A stretch of DNA of 64,000 nucleotides from Lophium mytilinum. Its lineage: Eukaryota. Made by a program: the position numbers and the translations under genes. Below the pieces are notes generated by a model that searched no databases, was not told where the DNA came from, and saw only the letters and a list, made by a program, of their open reading frames with translations. Positions 61,972-64,000 of the stretch are shown one piece after another. The stretch is from NCBI GenBank assembly GCA_010093605.1, contig MU004201.1, positions 124,001 to 188,000 on the forward strand. The letters are read 5' to 3'. How positions within the stretch are numbered: position 1 is the stretch's first letter; each line of letters opens with the position of its first letter.

Positions 61972-64000
61972 ATATAAGGGGCCGATATAATATAAGTAAT
62001 AAGGTGTATTAACTATTACAAAAATCTAAGCTAAGGAGAAGAGAGAGAGCTAGGAGCTCTCGAGAGGTTATAGTTCGACGCCGGCGCACGGGCCGCGGCC
62101 TAGCGCCTCGGGCTAGCGTCTTGCTTAGGTCACGTGAGGGGCGGCACGTAACCTTAGCACGTGATTATTGTAATTCTAGGCTTGTGCTATAATACTACCC
62201 CCCCTTTAAAAGCTAAAGTCCTGTAAGGTTTATAATGTACTATAGCTTCTCTAATCTTTTTATCTTATTCCTATTAAGCTGCCTGTGCAGCCTTTCCTTT
62301 TCTATACTTACTATTATCTATAGCCTTACTATATCTATTATTTCTATTATTTCCGTCTTTATATTTATCCTTATAGTTATTTTTATAGTTGTCTTTATAG
62401 TTGTCTTTATAGCTATTCTTAAGCGCTGCAAGCGGACTATATAGGTTAACCTAAGGCCTATTATTAGCTTCTACCTATTAGATTTCTACTTTGGGTTGCC
62501 TATGCAGAATAGCCTTCTTGCAAGACAACTTAGCTACCTAATAAGGTCGTTTATACTTACTTAGGCTGGTACTAAGAATATTTTATAGGCCTACTATTAC
62601 TGCGGTAGCGCTTACGCTCTTACCTATTATCTTCGCGACCTTAGGTTTAGATATACTAAACGTTAAATAAGGTTCTGCTTTAAGGCTGTGCTTATTATAA
62701 TACTCTATAAGGAGCTTATTATAGCTGTCTACGTTCTAGTAAGGTTTCTATTTAGGCTGGGTATTATTATACCTGGTTTAGGCTATCTTATATATAAGGC
62801 AGGGTTTCTTACCTATATATAGATCTAGCTGGCGGCCGTTAAATTAGAAATCTAGGACTTTGTTAACGTAGTACTACTCTATAAAGCTATTTTCTTCTAT
62901 CTTAAGTATAGGTAGGGGTTCTAGACGTTGTCCTGGAAGGGGCGTCTTATTAAGTTAATAAAGTAGCTAGGGGTAGAATACCGGGAAAATTCCTTTTATA
63001 GACTTAGGAAAGTCTGGCTTATAGGCTATATTATTAATAACTCGCGTCATATAAAAGGAACTGAGATTCTTATAATTAAAGGACTTATTCGGCCGCATAA
63101 TGTAAATATTCTTAGTGTTAAGTATAACTATAATGTTAACCTTAAATTCTGGGGCGGGCAGGCGGTTCCGGTCGGCCAGCTCCTTTATTCTTAACTAATT
63201 CCAATGTAGTTTTTCTTTAAGGAACTCGCGCAGGTTGTAAATATAAGTAACTAGCTCCTCGGCTGCATTAACGCCTTGTTGCTTAGGGCCTGGGACAATA
63301 ACGCCCTATAAGGATAGCTTAAGACCACTGCAGGGTGTATAACCCTTAGTAGCTTTAAATAGTAAGACGCTAGTAGATTAATTAATATTAGCGTTGGCTT
63401 TAAATTTAGTAAAGGCAATTAGATTTACCTAGTTATCCTACAAGTAGTAGACGTAGGCACGTAGGTATAATCCGGCGTTAATAAATTTAGTTTAGCCGTC
63501 GGTTTTAGGGTAAGCTTTTGTTAACAACTTTAGGTGCGTTCTAACGCGCTCGCAGAGGTATTTCTAGGAAAAGGAAGTAAACTGGGCGCCTCTATCGGAG
63601 ATAATGCGGTCTAGATAGCCTTCTTCTCGCTAGATCTAGTTAAAAAAGGCTTGTGTAACGTCCTCTAGCTCTATAGAGTTGGGGTAGATAAACTTACGCT
63701 TCTTAGAAAGCTAATTAATAACTACTATAACGTGTTAGTATATGCGGCCCTTAATAATATAAGGGGGCAGCTTAGTAATAAAATTAATAGAGATGTCTAT
63801 CTAGTATTAATTTAGAATAGGAAGTGGTTTAAGTAAGCTATATTTACTATCCTTATATACCTTTATGCGTCTGCATATTAGGCATGCATTAATATATATA
63901 GTAATAGAGTTTATAATTTCTAGCTAGTAGTACTAGAAGGACAGGCGGTATAAGAGAGAGTTCCTCCTAGCATAGCCTCCTAAAAGAGAGTCGTAAGCTT
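61972..64000 (-). mobile_element. Gypsy family D, 3' part (integrase, PPT, 3' LTR ~61972-62194), runs off window
   Basis: YPKTDG*TK (HPETDGQTE) at ~63490-63512, IISDRGAQFTS at ~63575-63605, and PPT AAAGGGGGGGTAG abutting the LTR. Confidence 0.9.

Overview
Eukaryotic DNA from a filamentous ascomycete (Pezizomycotina-like): an AT-rich, RIP-mutated (C>T/G>A, TpA-rich, frequent TAA/TAG stops) graveyard of nested transposons, with no intact host gene recognised. It contains at least five Ty3/Gypsy (chromovirus-type) LTR families (named A-E here), a Copia LTR+PBS stub, two tail-to-tail Tad1-like LINE copies, four Tc1/mariner copies, two 8-bp-TSD MITEs, a near-intact intron-containing piggyBac, the right end of a probable CACTA-like element, a 930-N assembly gap and a ~2.6 kb RIP-mutated nuclear copy of mitochondrial DNA (NUMT). 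The most notable points are: (1) the piggyBac appears to have made a 2-bp AT target duplication instead of TTAA; (2) the NUMT carries an in-frame atp9-nad2 chimera plus a second, divergent atp9-like ORF without the catalytic Glu; (3) four Gypsy families show self-priming (Tf1-type) primer-binding sites; (4) several chimeric junctions record recombination or deletion. All calls come from reading the sequence by eye; no database searches were run.
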